Positions 13,801 through 26,900 of a stretch of DNA of 64,000 bases are shown one piece after another (the stretch's first letter is position 1; each line of letters starts with the position of its first letter). The stretch covers positions 744,001 through 808,000 of the forward strand of contig NW_020843829.1 in assembly GCF_003704095.1 (NCBI RefSeq). Direction: 5' to 3'. Both the position numbers and the translations under genes were made by a program. Source of the stretch: Pocillopora damicornis (lineage: Eukaryota). The notes below the pieces were generated by a model. That model had not been told where the DNA came from and did not search any database. It was given only the letters and a program-made list of their open reading frames with translations.

Positions 13801-16800
13801 TAGCAAAGCATAATTTATAATTTTCCATCTAAGCATGATTACTCAAGTTACATTTGTACCAGTATTGTATTTTGTAAAAATAATTTTACTTTTTTGTGAG
13901 ATCTTAACAGGGATTATTATTTAATTGTGCTGGATACATTCCTAGCTAGTTCCTTCATTCTTACGGTTTGAGAGAGAGAAAATTTCCTTAAACCCTAACA
14001 TCATTATGCATATTCTCCATACTGTTCTCTGTACATTTCCAATGTTCTAACAAGGAGAATTTGTAAAACCATCAAGAGCTTCATTAGAAGCTGATCGTTT
14101 TCTTTATTCTTGTGACTTAACCCTTTAACTCCCAAGATCTGCTTGTTAATTCCCTCCTCTTGCTGCTACACAATTCCTTGTGAATTAGTCACGAGAATTT
14201 GGTGTAAGATCAAAATAAAAACTTCTTCCTGATAAGTTTTAGTATTCTCATTGACTGTTTTCTAGAAAAGGAATGGCTATCATAGGGAAAAGTTACATGT
14301 TAGTCACTTCTGGTAGTTAAAGGGCTTAAGATTTTACTAAGGGTTAAAATCGTAAGAAGAAATTAGAGGTGCTCAAAAGTTAAAAAGTGTACGAGCAAGT
14401 CAATCAAAATTTTAATCTTACAAGTCTAAGCACATCTTCATCCCGCAGTAAGTTCACCATGGCTTGCAGATGCAATTGCATCTCTCCTACAATGGAAATA
14501 CATTTTAATTTGATCAGTGCTGCCCTGGTTGTGATTTAAATAAATAAATTATTAACAAAACATCAAAATATACATTGAAATATGGAAACATTGCTGTCTA
14601 ATGAAAGAATGCTCATAAATTTCTGATTGGTTTTTGAATCAATCTTGCACACAATGCACTGATATTTTAGTAAAATAAACATCATTTTGCATTGACCAGA
14701 CTGTTTGCCATTCATTTCTAACAAATTTAGATCTGAGAATTTGGTGTTAAATCACACAACATTCTCTACGAATAATTCCTTTCCCTTCTTATCACTTTTC
14801 TGCTTGAAATGTATTGATTTTAAAAGGGAAAGTTACTTTTGGTTGTTCCTAGGGGACACATGATTTATTTTTCAGAATTTCAGTTCAAGACAAAACTCAC
14901 CTCCGTGCTTTGTGGCCCGGCGAGCAAAGTCTCCATCAGGAAGGGCATATGCTGCTCCTTTAGATGCAAAGAATCCTTCAAAGCTTGACCTGAAAAAAAT
15001 TTTTAAGGTGAATGACTTTATAAGCTAATTAACAAAGTCACTTGAAAAGGCTCAGCCTTGAAAAACCTTGGCTTCATGAGAGCTCTCCAAACTCTCCATA
15101 TCTCAATGAATGCACAGGTAATTCACAAACATATTGTTTCATGACATTTTCAACCCCATATTATTTTACTTTCAACCAAAAATTTCCTCTGCGATGCTTC
15201 AATGCAAACAAATGACAATGACCAGCAGGACTAACCAAAACCTATTTTACATTATAGACACATATCATTAGCCTCAAAAGAAAATTGGTAGCATGCCCAT
15301 GTAAGTGAATTTGAATACACAAATGTACTAATGACCTATTGTAAGACTAACTTTTCATATTTCCAACTGTTAAGCTGTGTCTCATGTAAAGTAAAGCAAA
15401 ATAAATTACATGCTAATCTGTTGGGTATTAATAACTTCTGACCATGAGAGCGAAGTATTATGAATGCTTCATGGCATAAGGATTATGAATGCTACAGTAG
15501 CCACAATATCTGTTATTCCTAACAGAAGATAATTACATGCATCAGCCCTCAGCTGTGGATCCAAAGTCAACACAATAGTCTGAAATAATGCTACAGAAAC
15601 ATCATGAAAACTCAACAGGTGCCTCGGTCAATGTTGGAGCCATGCAGGCAACAAGGTGTTTCGTAGAAAGCCTAGCACACTTCTGCTTTACAGAAAACAT
15701 ATCAACAGTTGAAAAGTAGCAAACTATTGAAAGATATCTGAACTAAACGATTACAGAAAATAATCAAATGAATAGAAACCCTCTAATAGGAAAATGCATC
15801 TAAATAAGTATTACCAACTGAGAACAGGGAAATAAATTACTTGTTATTAAAAGCGTTTAGTACAGGCTTTGGCACCTATCATAATAGAGAGGATTAAAAT
15901 AAAAAAAAAGGTGTTAATGTGTAGACTGATTTGATTCTGACATACAGTACACACAGTTTCTTTTGTATGCCCAACACAAATTATAGTTTTAACTGCTCAC
16001 AAAATACAATTTTGACATTGAGGTGATTAATAAAATATTGGTTCTTTCACTGTGAAAGCCTGTTGGAGAGTGGTATGGAAGTTTCTCAAATTAACACAGG
16101 GTCCCATACTGTTCTAAGAAAAACAATGTAAATAAGGCCACATTTTGTAACCAGTTTTTGACCTAAGGAACTAATTTTTACCCAATATCAAGTAGCTGAA
16201 AAGTTGTCCACGAAAACCTAAAACCAAAGGCTTAAGTGCTTCCTCAAAATGACAACAATTTCCCTTGTGGTTTACAAGTCAATTACATCCCAAGAAGCTA
16301 AGAAACATGTCTGAAATAATTGCAGAGTTTAGAACTATGCATAATTACAGTGATTGCTCAAGGAAAAAATATTTAATTTTACTAACTGTTGCACTCAACA
16401 AATTCGAACATTTTTATGGGTATCGCACAACCTAACATGACCAACTTGGAAAAATTTTGGGGGTATCAACATGCTTTTAGGTACAAGAAATATCAAAGTT
16501 GTTAAAATCTAGACACCGGTACCTAAATGACAACTTACATTCGCTATTTTTGGCAAGTGCAACTATTTTGGCTCCGTACCAAGACACTAAGAACTTTATC
16601 TGACCACAGATCTCTCAACACCTTTGCGGTCCGTTAATGCAAGAACATCTGCGAATTCTTACAATATTTTCACTGACTTTCCAACGCTCAAACAAATTTG
16701 AAGCAGTGACTTTATCAGCGTAAACAAACAGAGGTTCAATCTGCTTCTCTACCACGATAACTAAGGTTCGAAAGGCAAATCTGAGAGAATTATTGATCAA

Positions 16801-17324
16801 ACTTATTTCAAATGTCAAATTCGCAGTCAATCATCATGCGGCATTTAACAGAAGCAAGATCGCGAGCGAAATTAAGTTCGAAACCTTTTAACTTATCTCT
16901 CAATTTTATTGCACCCAGTTGCCTGGCTTTAAGTAAGTTAATTATCACGCTTTCATAGCCTCGAGGTGGAAAATGAAGTTATTTCCTTGTAACGGGCTGC
17001 CCTATGAGATACATGCAGCCTCTAACACCTTGACCGATAATTGAAAAGATGTGCCGTTGACTGTTTTAACGGCAAACATTGATTCACATTAAAACCAAGG
17101 CAAAACTTACGCTCTAGACCTATTCAGTGAGCTATCCTCTTGATCTTCGTCAACATCCTAAGAGTGTATCAATCAAATAAAAACATCGACACGACGATCA
17201 AACATCATCGTAAAAGTTGAGAAAACACTAAAGGCGCACGTCCACTAAATGTTACCGATTCTTCCGTGGCCAAACTCGTGCTGTCTGAAGTTGACGGAGA
17301 CCTTAACACAGTCACCAAGGACAT
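1449..17324 (-). CDS. SSH: Protein phosphatase Slingshot homolog (dual-specificity cofilin phosphatase), 18 coding exons
   Basis: Frame-consistent GT-AG exons: 17256-17324 (MSLVTVLRSPSTS), 17111-17157, 14901-14989 (FFASKGAAYALP), 14422-14486 (LQAMVNLLRDED), 13604-13719, 11942-12004 (IKLDGDG), 11281-11346 (FKPISVQTMW), 10456-10593, 9307-9360, 9167-9215, 8799-8840, 8157-8285 (FIDEEMITILGQMDSASKIFDHVYL), 8025-8071 (GSEWNASNLEEL), 7144-7218 (YILNITREIDNFFPG), 6701-6772, 6077-6137 (catalytic VHCRMGISRSAST), 5200-5339, 1449-4842. The SSH-N, DEK-C-like and DSP motifs match the Slingshot family. Confidence 0.95.
5470..5870. repeat. Degenerate (CAGT)n/(CAAT)n tetranucleotide microsatellite in an SSH intron
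   Basis: Direct cagt/caat/ctgt tandem units; this explains the spurious SQSV-repeat ORFs. Confidence 0.9.
8888..9099. mobile_element. ~210-bp MITE-like element with TTAACCCTTTAACTCCC terminal inverted repeats (family member)
   Basis: ttaaccctttaactccc ... gggagttaaagagttaa. Related copies at ~6450-6650, 10010-10200, 12039-12249, 14117-14329, 26157-26369, 27500-27890, 34270-34484, 41845-42054 and 49392-49604. Confidence 0.8.
10284..10403. repeat. Small palindromic (MITE-like) element
   Basis: ggatcaatgtcagtatctgagcaactg ... cagttgctgagatgctgacattgatcc; related copy at ~37840-37945. Confidence 0.7.
12039..12249. mobile_element. MITE-like element, TTAACCC family
   Basis: ccatttaactcctagaagtga ... 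cagttaaagggtta; internal sequence similar to 41845-42054. Confidence 0.7.
12490..12740 (-). mobile_element. SINE-like dispersed repeat
   Basis: Core gtattgctactccccctggatggg..ggtacccattt.tacacctgggtgaagaga recurs at ~21260-21380 and inverted at ~48400-48575; tRNA B-box-like GGTTCAAGCC on the minus strand near 12710. Confidence 0.6.
13199..13492. mobile_element. Palindromic element with a tRNA-like internal segment
   Basis: Arms aatagagaaagatgttttcgtc.tgtca..agtgtgggaca / tgtcccacacttgtgacaagacgaaaacatctttatctatt; internal ggctcagtggtagagcat (A box) and gttcaattcc (B box). Confidence 0.7.
14117..14329. mobile_element. MITE-like element, TTAACCC family, nested in a related copy
   Basis: ttaaccctttaactcccaagatc ... 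ggtagttaaagggcttaa, interrupting a related element that begins at ~13990. Confidence 0.7.
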
Positions 17325-20300
17325 TATGCATCAAGAATACCACATCGAAAACTATAACATCAGCAACCTCTAACATCAATGATTAAATTTGCGACGAGAT
17401 TTCGCACGTCAGGTCATTCCCGTTAAGGCGAAATAAAAGAAAATAAAACTTGTGATTGCGCTTGCGCATCAGTAATGTTGACAAGCATCTCGCAAGGCAT
17501 TCGCGTTGCAAACGCAATATTCAACGTATTTTAGAGTAATTCATTCTCCCTTACCAGCGTTTCAAATCGTAAAAGGTCTCCGACGAAAAATCTAGGACTC
17601 GCATGATGCGTTCCTCTCTACTTGCGCATTTGAATCGCCGGCGACAAAGTGACGACTGTGTACCGGCGAAGGATATAGTTGACTAACTTCATCACCGGAA
17701 GTCGTCTGCGTGACTTGGTATTGTCGGATTACATAATGCACGAGGGTGTTAGATTTCAGGTAGTAAAGAGCACTTAAACTGAATATGAAATCTGTAAAAA
17801 CGGTCCAGATCTTATCTCATATCTGTTTTCCCAGGTTCAGCATTCTGTATTGATCTAAGATCGTCATATTTTTCTAAGCTATCAACATCTCTGGTACGTC
17901 ACGAAATTTTGGACGTGACACATACCGGAAATGGTGCTTCAGATGACAGGAAGACTCCAGTTCACTCTACAAATGATGGAACAAGCACGGCAGGAGAGTG
18001 CTGGTTATTTGAAGACAATCTACAATATTTGCTCCTTCGTGACTATCTTATTCTCTTAAAGCATGTTAACTAAAAATCCAAGCAGGATACGAAACTGCTG
18101 GTTATTTTGAACACAACAATCACTATTGCTCCTTCAAATGCCTTTTTTATCGGTACGTCAGATCAAACTCCAATTTTTGCATGATTTTGATTTTCAATTG
18201 TCAAACAAGAGACACGATCAAAACTAGAAAAATACTGGGTCAAGTCGAGACATATTCAACGTCGTACGTGGTTTGCATCGTTTGTGCAAAAAGCGAAGAA
18301 AAATACGAAATAAAAGCCCGCAAAAACAGTGATAACAAAAATATTCGTTGTTAATGAAAGGCCACGAAAGTAAAGGGTCTACAGATCTATGGATTTTTAA
18401 TTTAATCCTTTCCAGAAAAGCTCTAAAAAGATCTCGGACGCTGCTATTCCTCTAAACGACTTCCTTCCAGAAACTTGTCGTTTTTTAGTTATCCTATAAA
18501 TACGGGCGGTAGAGCAACCATCTTAATTTGATGAAAAACCGACAGTAACGGTATTCGCTTTGTTAAAATACCGGTAACATGAAATTGTTTGGATTCCCTC
18601 AATCTAAGCCCACCTCTTCCGCTTCAACGCTCAATATACGAAAAGAAACACCATTTACGGTTATGCATTTGTTTACCAGAGTCGTTGTGTCCTGCCGCTC
18701 TCCGCCAAGGTCATGTAAAGCGTGGTCAAAATGAAAAATCTCCTATCTATGAGATTAATCTTGAAATGTCTTTGTTGCTGTTGAGTGAGACGGTGTCTGA
18801 GTGTATTTATTCATGATGATGCTAGCGTTTGTCTGTGTACCTGTAACAGTGTCGATATGACGTTTTTATTGTCTTTGTTTCAAAGAAGTGAAAACAACCA
18901 CGATTGGAAATAGAGCAATGATGACAGTATTCAAAACCAAAGTCCATGTCCTAATAATAATAGTACCATGGTTTTACGATGCCCACTTTCGTACTTTTTT
19001 AGTAAAGGGAAATTTAGTTATAAAATCGCCTTGACCACCGACAGAAGAACCAATGTTTGCCCAATGATGTTTTCTTTACACAAAGCATCCGAAGTAAGTC
19101 AAAACAGCTTTACTAATTTGTTGCGTGAAAAATTTTATCGCGGTGTTACTATTCCACTGTTCGTTGATGCATGGTAGCTTGGCCTTAGACCAGTGACCGG
19201 AAAACTAATATTTAAATCAGGAAGCAATTCTTTTGTCAGTAATGTAAACTGTAAATGAAAATCGCAAAAACATTTTAAGGTGACAAATGTAAACAATAAG
19301 TGTGTAGCTATGGGTGTCTTGACGTCTTCGGTGGCCTCGCTCCTCGAGCAACCGGAAAATATTATAATACAGAGCAAAATCACTTTGATTCAATGGCTAA
19401 TATCAAAGCAAACATAAATAAATTAACCGAAGAAATTTCTGACTGGTCGGCTGAATATTCCTCGATTATTTGCTAAGCGTAATTTTACAAATCTAGTCGA
19501 TTTCCGCCAAGGGGAGTCACTCGAGACGCGCGTGACTAGAAGCGTGAAGAACTTGATCGAAGCTTCGATCGTACGGTATGGTGAGATCAAATACACAATC
19601 GGTTTTATTTTCATGCGTGCTTTGCATGTGAACAATGGGAAAAAAACCTGTTATTGTCGTGTGATAACACACTTAATGACCTTAACGATGCTCAATTGAA
19701 CAGTTTTGACCCTTCATTAAGCGAATTGCAAGCGATCTTAGACCTGAACCAAAATATCGCCACCAGAACCTGGACGAAAAATAAAAATCGCTAACATTCT
19801 AACGATCCTACCTTTCGATTCTAAATCCATACCAGATATAAACAAACTGAAACAAGTCAGATGAACTTGCAATCCATGCATCGGGAAAGGTTTCCTAGCA
19901 AATCAGCACTGAGGAAATGCGCTACTTTTCTCGCTTTTATAAAGAGTGGGCCTCTCTATTTCGCAAAACAGTAAATCCTTAGTGAAAAGAAAATAATTTC
20001 GCGAGGGCTTTTCGAGCCATAATCAATTTCCATCTCTGGTTAATAGAATCCAGAAGCACTCATTGTCCCTGTGGAGCACGATCGATGAAATCGACTTCTA
20101 CCGAATGATCGAACCCTTAATCGCGTGTTTACGCGTAGGCTTGTGTTCGCAGCTATTGCGTGTTCCCGAAGAATCGTTCAAATTGTATTCTACAATGTTT
20201 TCGTACTACAGAGAATTTCGAAGATTTCGGCCAAACAGCGTTCTTTTTGTCGACAGACTAACCCCCCCGCCTTGCCAAATGTACTCGATTTACAAAAAAC

Positions 20301-23300
20301 ACCTACATTACAGAGACGCCTACCTTTTGGTGAAGAGTCGAAAATTCTTAGCTTTCCTTGCGGCCCGGCGAAACACTTGGAGAACACCTCGATTACCAGA
20401 AGACATATTCTGCTGTCTTTCGTTTACTACGTCACATTGTGCGTACGCCTCTGTAAAGCACTCGTTTATTCGCTTTGAATAATATTTTTAAATTCAAGTC
20501 CCATAGGGCTCAGCAGATCTAGGTGAGAATGACTTTCATAAATTATGCCAGCGCCTCAAGCAACATACTACTTGAAATGTCTAAATATCTGTCTTTGGAA
20601 ATCTGTGCAAAAATATTAAAAAATTACATGAAAAACAATAACAGAGAGCTAAGTCACGATTCACTGATACAAGGCTTTAGTAATCAAATTATCGTATAGG
20701 AAGTCATGATTTGTCACTCTTACGTCGACAGCACTGTCAATATTTTTGCAACAGGTAAAATTTATGCGCATATAGATTAACAAATAGTCTGTCGATCAAT
20801 CAATCTCACTCGATTGATGAATACTGTTTTACTCTGGTTTTTAGTATCTCTGACGAGGGAAGAGGTCGAGAAAAGGTTTCATTCGACAACGAAATTATCT
20901 CTGAGGTATTTCTGTCAGGTAAAAAACAATTGATTCCATTATTTCCACAAGTTTATGTCACATTTCCGCATGGACCAGTGTCGGAAAATCGGATTAATTT
21001 CGTTCAAATAGCTGTCACAGAAATACAACGGAAACTCTCTAGTAAGGTATTAAGGGATTAGCAATTCGAATGACACTCGTCTCTTAAGAAAAGAAACACA
21101 AAAAAGGTCAGTATCTCTGCTTATTTTGCCAAAAATTCCGCCACAATACACGAGCTAAGATAAAAATATTGTGTGACGCAGGTGAAGTCTGCCTGCGAAA
21201 ACGATTTACACAGCTGCCAAGACTTTTTCGTTTTTTTGCCGTACGAAGTGACTCGAAATATTACTACTCTCCCTGGATGGGACGCATGTCTATCGCAGCC
21301 CCCCCCTCCCCTTCCTCCCTCCAGCATTAATCAGGCTTCCTTGAATTCTGGTACCAATTTACACTCCTGGGTGAAGAGAGCGGATCACAGTAACCCAAAG
21401 AGTCAAAATCGTCACTTTTGAACCGCAGTCCTACAGCACGCCACGCTTCGGTCATAAGACCACCGCTACCCTCACAAACAACTGTCATAAGGCGTGCAGC
21501 AAATTAAGAAAAAAATCGTAATCATTTCCCTAGCTTCGAGGTCACCTCAGTTAGGAGCGTACAGTTTATGGATTTAGCACTTATGGTGCGAGAAAAAGAG
21601 GCGTCACCATTTTCCGAGGAGTAAGATGTTTCTCACGCTCCATAATATTAGCGCAAACAACAAACTCCTCAGCGGCTAATGATACAGTTTACGACTCACG
21701 CTTTAAGTACCCAATCATTTGAGTTTTAACTGACCTGACCATCATTCCCATGTTACACTCCTAACCCATGACAAATAATCCCTCTGTCAATACCCTTTTC
21801 AAAATTCTGTTGGACGGCGTTTCTCGGGGACTAAACTTTTAGTACGTAAGGAAATGGGATTGAGAAAAATGTTCATGCTTGTCTCTCACTGGAATTAAAT
21901 ATGATCATGACAAAAGCCGGTTCAAATTTTCAATTAGCAAGTCAATAACAGGTGGATTTTCAAGGGCGTGTTGGTGTTTCTCTGTTTCTTCAAAACAACA
22001 TGTATCGCGTGTGATATGTTTTGTGTCCATAGTAACACAGCGCTTCGCTTTCCATTGGGAAAACTGTCCAATCATTGGCTAAAGAAGTAAAAATATATCC
22101 TAGTATAACAAAGACGAGGAAATATTTCCACTTTCTCATTAAAAATGTTTTCAGTTTCGAGTGCGTGAATGATTGTCAATTGATTAAGGAAGTTAGACAG
22201 ATCTCACCTTATACGGTCACGTATAAACACAAGATCCCATCCTATGTAATAATAATTTCCTTAGTTCTTCAGCTTTCAGATTGAGTGGAAAAACGATCAC
22301 AAAATATACGCATAGAGGTGCCAGTCAAAGTAGTTCTAAATCGTATAATAAAAAACCATTACGTAGTTGCATTGTGGATATCAGCCCGAGCAGGTTTAAC
22401 ACAGCACAAGACGATAAGATCGACACGCGCGAGCGAAATGTCACATTCTGTTTAGGGTGAGCGACATCCAACAGAAACATTACTTTATTTACATAAGCAT
22501 AGGCTAAGCGCGTGGTGGCCCCTGAGAGTTTCAACTTTAATACACTAAGAACTCAAGTAAGTCATGCAATTAAGATTTTCGCCCGCCTATTAACTCCGTA
22601 CTGCCTAGTGACAGGTGGTAGGTGAGAACGAGTCATACACGCACGAGGGAGATTAGACCTTCGCTCGCGTGATGGACTTCTCGCTCGTTCAAGTCGCTTT
22701 TAAATCACCCCCACGAAGGTAATGAAATCGGCTAAGGTTAACATTCACAACCGATAGTTTACGTTCCCTAGCGTAAAATTCTGGTGTCTGGCGAGACAGA
22801 CTTGTCAAAAGCTTGGTAAGAAAGCGTTTACATTAATTAACGTTTAGGCACCTTATAACACGTACCTTTGTACGAGTGTATCTCCAGTAAACGACTGGCA
22901 ACCATTTCCCTGAACCGGAATAAAAGTGCGTGAACTCCTAGAGGCGACGAAACTCGTTGTCATCTTTAAAGCGAAAAACAGTTTTGTAAAATCAGTGAAC
23001 AACGCAAACAATGACAGGCCGAGACGAAGCAGGTTGAACTGAATACTTCCTTAGGCTGTACATCGATTTTAATAGTTTTAGATCGCGATTAAATTACACC
23101 GGGCAATTGATCCTCTGCTATGTTTGGTACTCGCTAAGAGGGGGATGCCATGAAGTGAAGGTGCTCTCTTGAGAAGTGTTCAAGTACCAAATAATGGTGC
23201 ATATTTTTACATCTAGTGTGTAACAGTGCTAAAGAAAGGCTTTGGTAGACTAAACATCAACTCACACAGTTTCAATTTCCGGGTGCTTAAAGCCCAGACT

Positions 23301-23573
23301 CAGCTGTTCAAAGGGCAGATAACGCAATCCAATGGATAAATCGCAATTCAGCGAATAAGCGTACTGCGTTATTCAATAGATAGAGATTTATGCAATGAAT
23401 AACAACCGGGCAATCAATGCAATGAATAGCAACCGCCTACCATTAAAAACCTCCGTTGTTAACACTAGCATGACAAACAAAGAACAAAAGCTTTTATTCT
23501 GAGAAAAAAAATTATGAAAAAATGAAACCAGTTTTAAAGAGATCAAAACACAGTTCGAATAGAAGTGTCCAGT

Positions 23574-23986
23574 TCACCATCCGTCAACCGCTGGCGGCGC
23601 ATTTCGTCCACAGTAGCGGAGATTACATCCGGGAGTTGGGCCGAGTTTGTAAACGTAGAATCCACCACAATTCCTCACCAGTACCTTACGGCGAAGCTCG
23701 CAACAGCCGGACACATAATCACCAAAACAAACCATGCGTTCAACACACCCGTCATCTTTATGAGGATGCGAGCCAAACAACCAGCCGGGATATTGTGTGT
23801 TACATCTACCGGGGCCTGGGCATGCGTTTGGCATCTGAACCCCAGCGGAACCAGAAATTCGGTACCAACCCTCTGCTAAATTGTCGTCGCATTTACCCAA
23901 CAATTCTCGACTCATGAGGTTTCTGTCCTGCTCTGTCAGGAGGCGGTAGTGTTGGCATTCGTAAGCCACTAGTCCTACATTGTAAC
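23574..23986 (-). CDS. Terminal exon: uromodulin/GP2/OIT3-type Cys-rich (D8C-like) domain
   Basis: [24 protein letters not shown]....RCNT.YPGWL.G.HP...DG.V.R.VCF....CC.....[23 protein letters not shown]; AATAAA on the minus strand at 23493-23498. Confidence 0.88.
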
Positions 23987-26900
23987 CTAGAAAAATAGAA
24001 CGAGGCATAAAAAACGGCAGACTCATGCGTTGATAATCGAGTGTCATCTATGTCGAAATTAAATGTAAATTTCGAAAAAAAAAATGAGGTTTATGATTTG
24101 GAATAAGACACTTACAAATTGACGTTGATAATTGATTGATAATGGCGATAGTCTGGGTCGAATTCAAATCCAGCGCTAGTGTTTCATGCCGAGACGAGGA
24201 ATGTCGTTGACCCCCCTCCCCTCCTACGAGTGTTTCTGGTGTCGCTTTAGCCTCATCAGCAAGTAAAACAGCACGGAATCCGCGCGAAATAGAACACGGC
24301 GCAATAGTAGCAACAGTGGGAAAAAAACGAGAGAGGTTTGAGTCAGGTCGTTCATTACGCCACTATCTCGCCGTTTACAATCGCGCTTCGTTTTCCTTAA
24401 TGAAAAGTATGGAATAGGCTTATTTCATCTATGATTTTTAACTGATTAAAGCTTGATTTCCTCCGCACACTATACTCCAGGCCTGATCTTCCCCGGGTGT
24501 CTGTTTGGGGTAGGAGTGTGAGCTCATTTTCCGAACAACGGTGGGTTATCGAGGCTCATTTTCCGAACAACTGTTGGTTATCGAAGCTAACACTGCAAAG
24601 ACACGGAGCTACTAAAATGTAGAATTTAGTAAACTTACAATAAGGCTGAGTTCCGCTCCACACTCCATCTTTGCCACAAACTCTGGCAGACGATCCATAC
24701 AGCATACAGCCTGGATTGCAAGCAAACCTCACAATACTTCCCACAACAGAATAATCATCGCTTATCTTGTAACCGTCGACAGGATCAGCCAGCTCACGGC
24801 ACTTTTGAAGCTCTGCACACACAAGAAGTCAGCAAGAAATCAATTGTAGCAATTTCCAATCGAAATTAAGAGCAGGTTTCAATTAAATGACGCAAAATCA
24901 CAACCAAAGTAATCGCAATAGCCAATCATGAAAAAGGTTTGCGTCATCATGAGCTAATCATAAGAAAGGTTTGCGTCATCATGAACCACTCATAAAAAAG
25001 GTTTGCGTCATCATGAGCCGATGAGGAATCAAGGTGAAGAAAGGCATACAACCAAAAGCGCGGGAAAACGCGAGCGAACAAGGTATCCTTTGTTTCCAAT
25101 GCGTCTGAATGAGTTTAAGTATCGCGCGAGACTAATTACATTCGGAAATAAGCTTACGTTTAGTTTGTTCAGTCCTGCAAACAAGGATAAGTGTGAGTCG
25201 AGAACGCGACAAGTGCGAGAAGCGAGTCAAACGCGAAGAGAGGAGCGCGCCCCTTCTGAAAAACATCCCAAAAAAGACGCCTATTCTACAGAATACTCAC
25301 CAATTGTCGTCGTGTACGTGAATGGTTCGTTCCTCACAGAGGTTGTTCCAACGCATTTGTAATCTCCCTGCTCTTCGGGTCGAAGCCGCTCCAGGTTTAA
25401 TTCTCCAGTAACCTCATCGCCATCGATTATTGTCCTCGTTGGCATGGCAACACCATCCTTATACCAAGTGATATTCGGCATAGGCACACCACGTGCGGAG
25501 CAATTTACGCGGACAGGAGCATCGAATTCTTGGAGTGTCACAATGCTCAAAGGAACGTTTGTCACTTCCACTGGTTCTGGGAAAGAGTTTAAGGGACCAA
25601 TCAGTATTTGTCACCGGCGGTTGGGANNNNNNNNNNGGGGGAGTCAGTCCTCGCCATATTCAGTATTAAGGGAGACTATAGAAAATTGACTGCTAACACA
25701 GAACCATATGGGAGGATCAGGTAAAATTAACGTGACACAACCAAAATCCTCCGGCCACAAATAATTACTGGTCTTTTAGAAGTCAGTTTGGCAAGGATTT
25801 TAATCCTTACGATCAAAGTCCCACCGTAAAACCGAACCTGATCTATATTTATTACGATCGTGACAGAACCAGAATGAGCAATCCATATAGTTGGCCGATT
25901 TTCGAAGTTCATTCTGTGGGGGGAAGTCTTGTATGTCAGAAGACCTGATTCCTCAACTTTTACAAACTCTTACAATGAAACTTGTATCGAACAAACTTTC
26001 GTATGAGACCCTTGCTTGGGTCTGCTTGATGCAGGGATTTAGTCAGTTATTTATTAAAAGCCCCAAACTTTTCAAATAATGCGACGTCTTCGCAAATACG
26101 AAAAAAGGACGATTGAGAGTTGGGCTGATGTTTGACCAAGTTAGTACAGCTTGGCTTAACCGCTTGATCTCTAAGAGTGACTTACCCTTAATTTCTCCTC
26201 ACAATATTACCCCTGAATCACACACTAAGTCTCACGAGAATAAACGAAATGATCACCAACTGAGGAGGCTCTTGATTGTTAAAAAAATCCTCCCAGTCAG
26301 CACCTTACGAAATGTATGACAAACACTATTGAGCATATACTTACGGATGTTACGGTGTAACAGGGTTAGTGTAAGTTTCACTGCTCAAACAAACTCACCA
26401 TAGGTTTGTACTGTGACCTCAGTACCTCCCATAACAGACCCTGCTGGGTTTGAGGCGTGGCACATGTAGATGTCTTCATCCGCTTTGATAGGATTCCTTA
26501 AGTACAGGTTGTTATTTCGGATATAGTGCCTGTCAAAAGGAAGCTCCTTGTTGCCTTGACGACGCCATTCTATCTTGGGTGATGGAAATCCTTCTACATC
26601 GCATTTTATCTCGGTGATTTGATCCGTAAAAGCTGTGATTTTTGGCACGGGTGCTACAGAGAATGTCGGCTCGGCTAAAAAATAAGTCAAGAGAAAATTA
26701 CGAGTATCGTTTTTTTAGTTCTTAACGGAAAGAGCAGTTAGAACTGGAAGAGGCGGATCCAGAATTTCTGAACAGGGGGTTCTGCGCCTACGCCTCATTA
26801 TTAGCGCCTCAGTGGGAGCGGTTCTCCACTCTCCAATAAGTTTGAGGCATTGAGCAACATCAGCCGGCGAGGGGTCTGCAAGTGGTCTGACAAACGTCTC

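Noticed and set aside
20063-20482. 139-aa and 117-aa intergenic ORFs
   Set aside because: No recognisable motifs, non-ATG starts, no exon chain.
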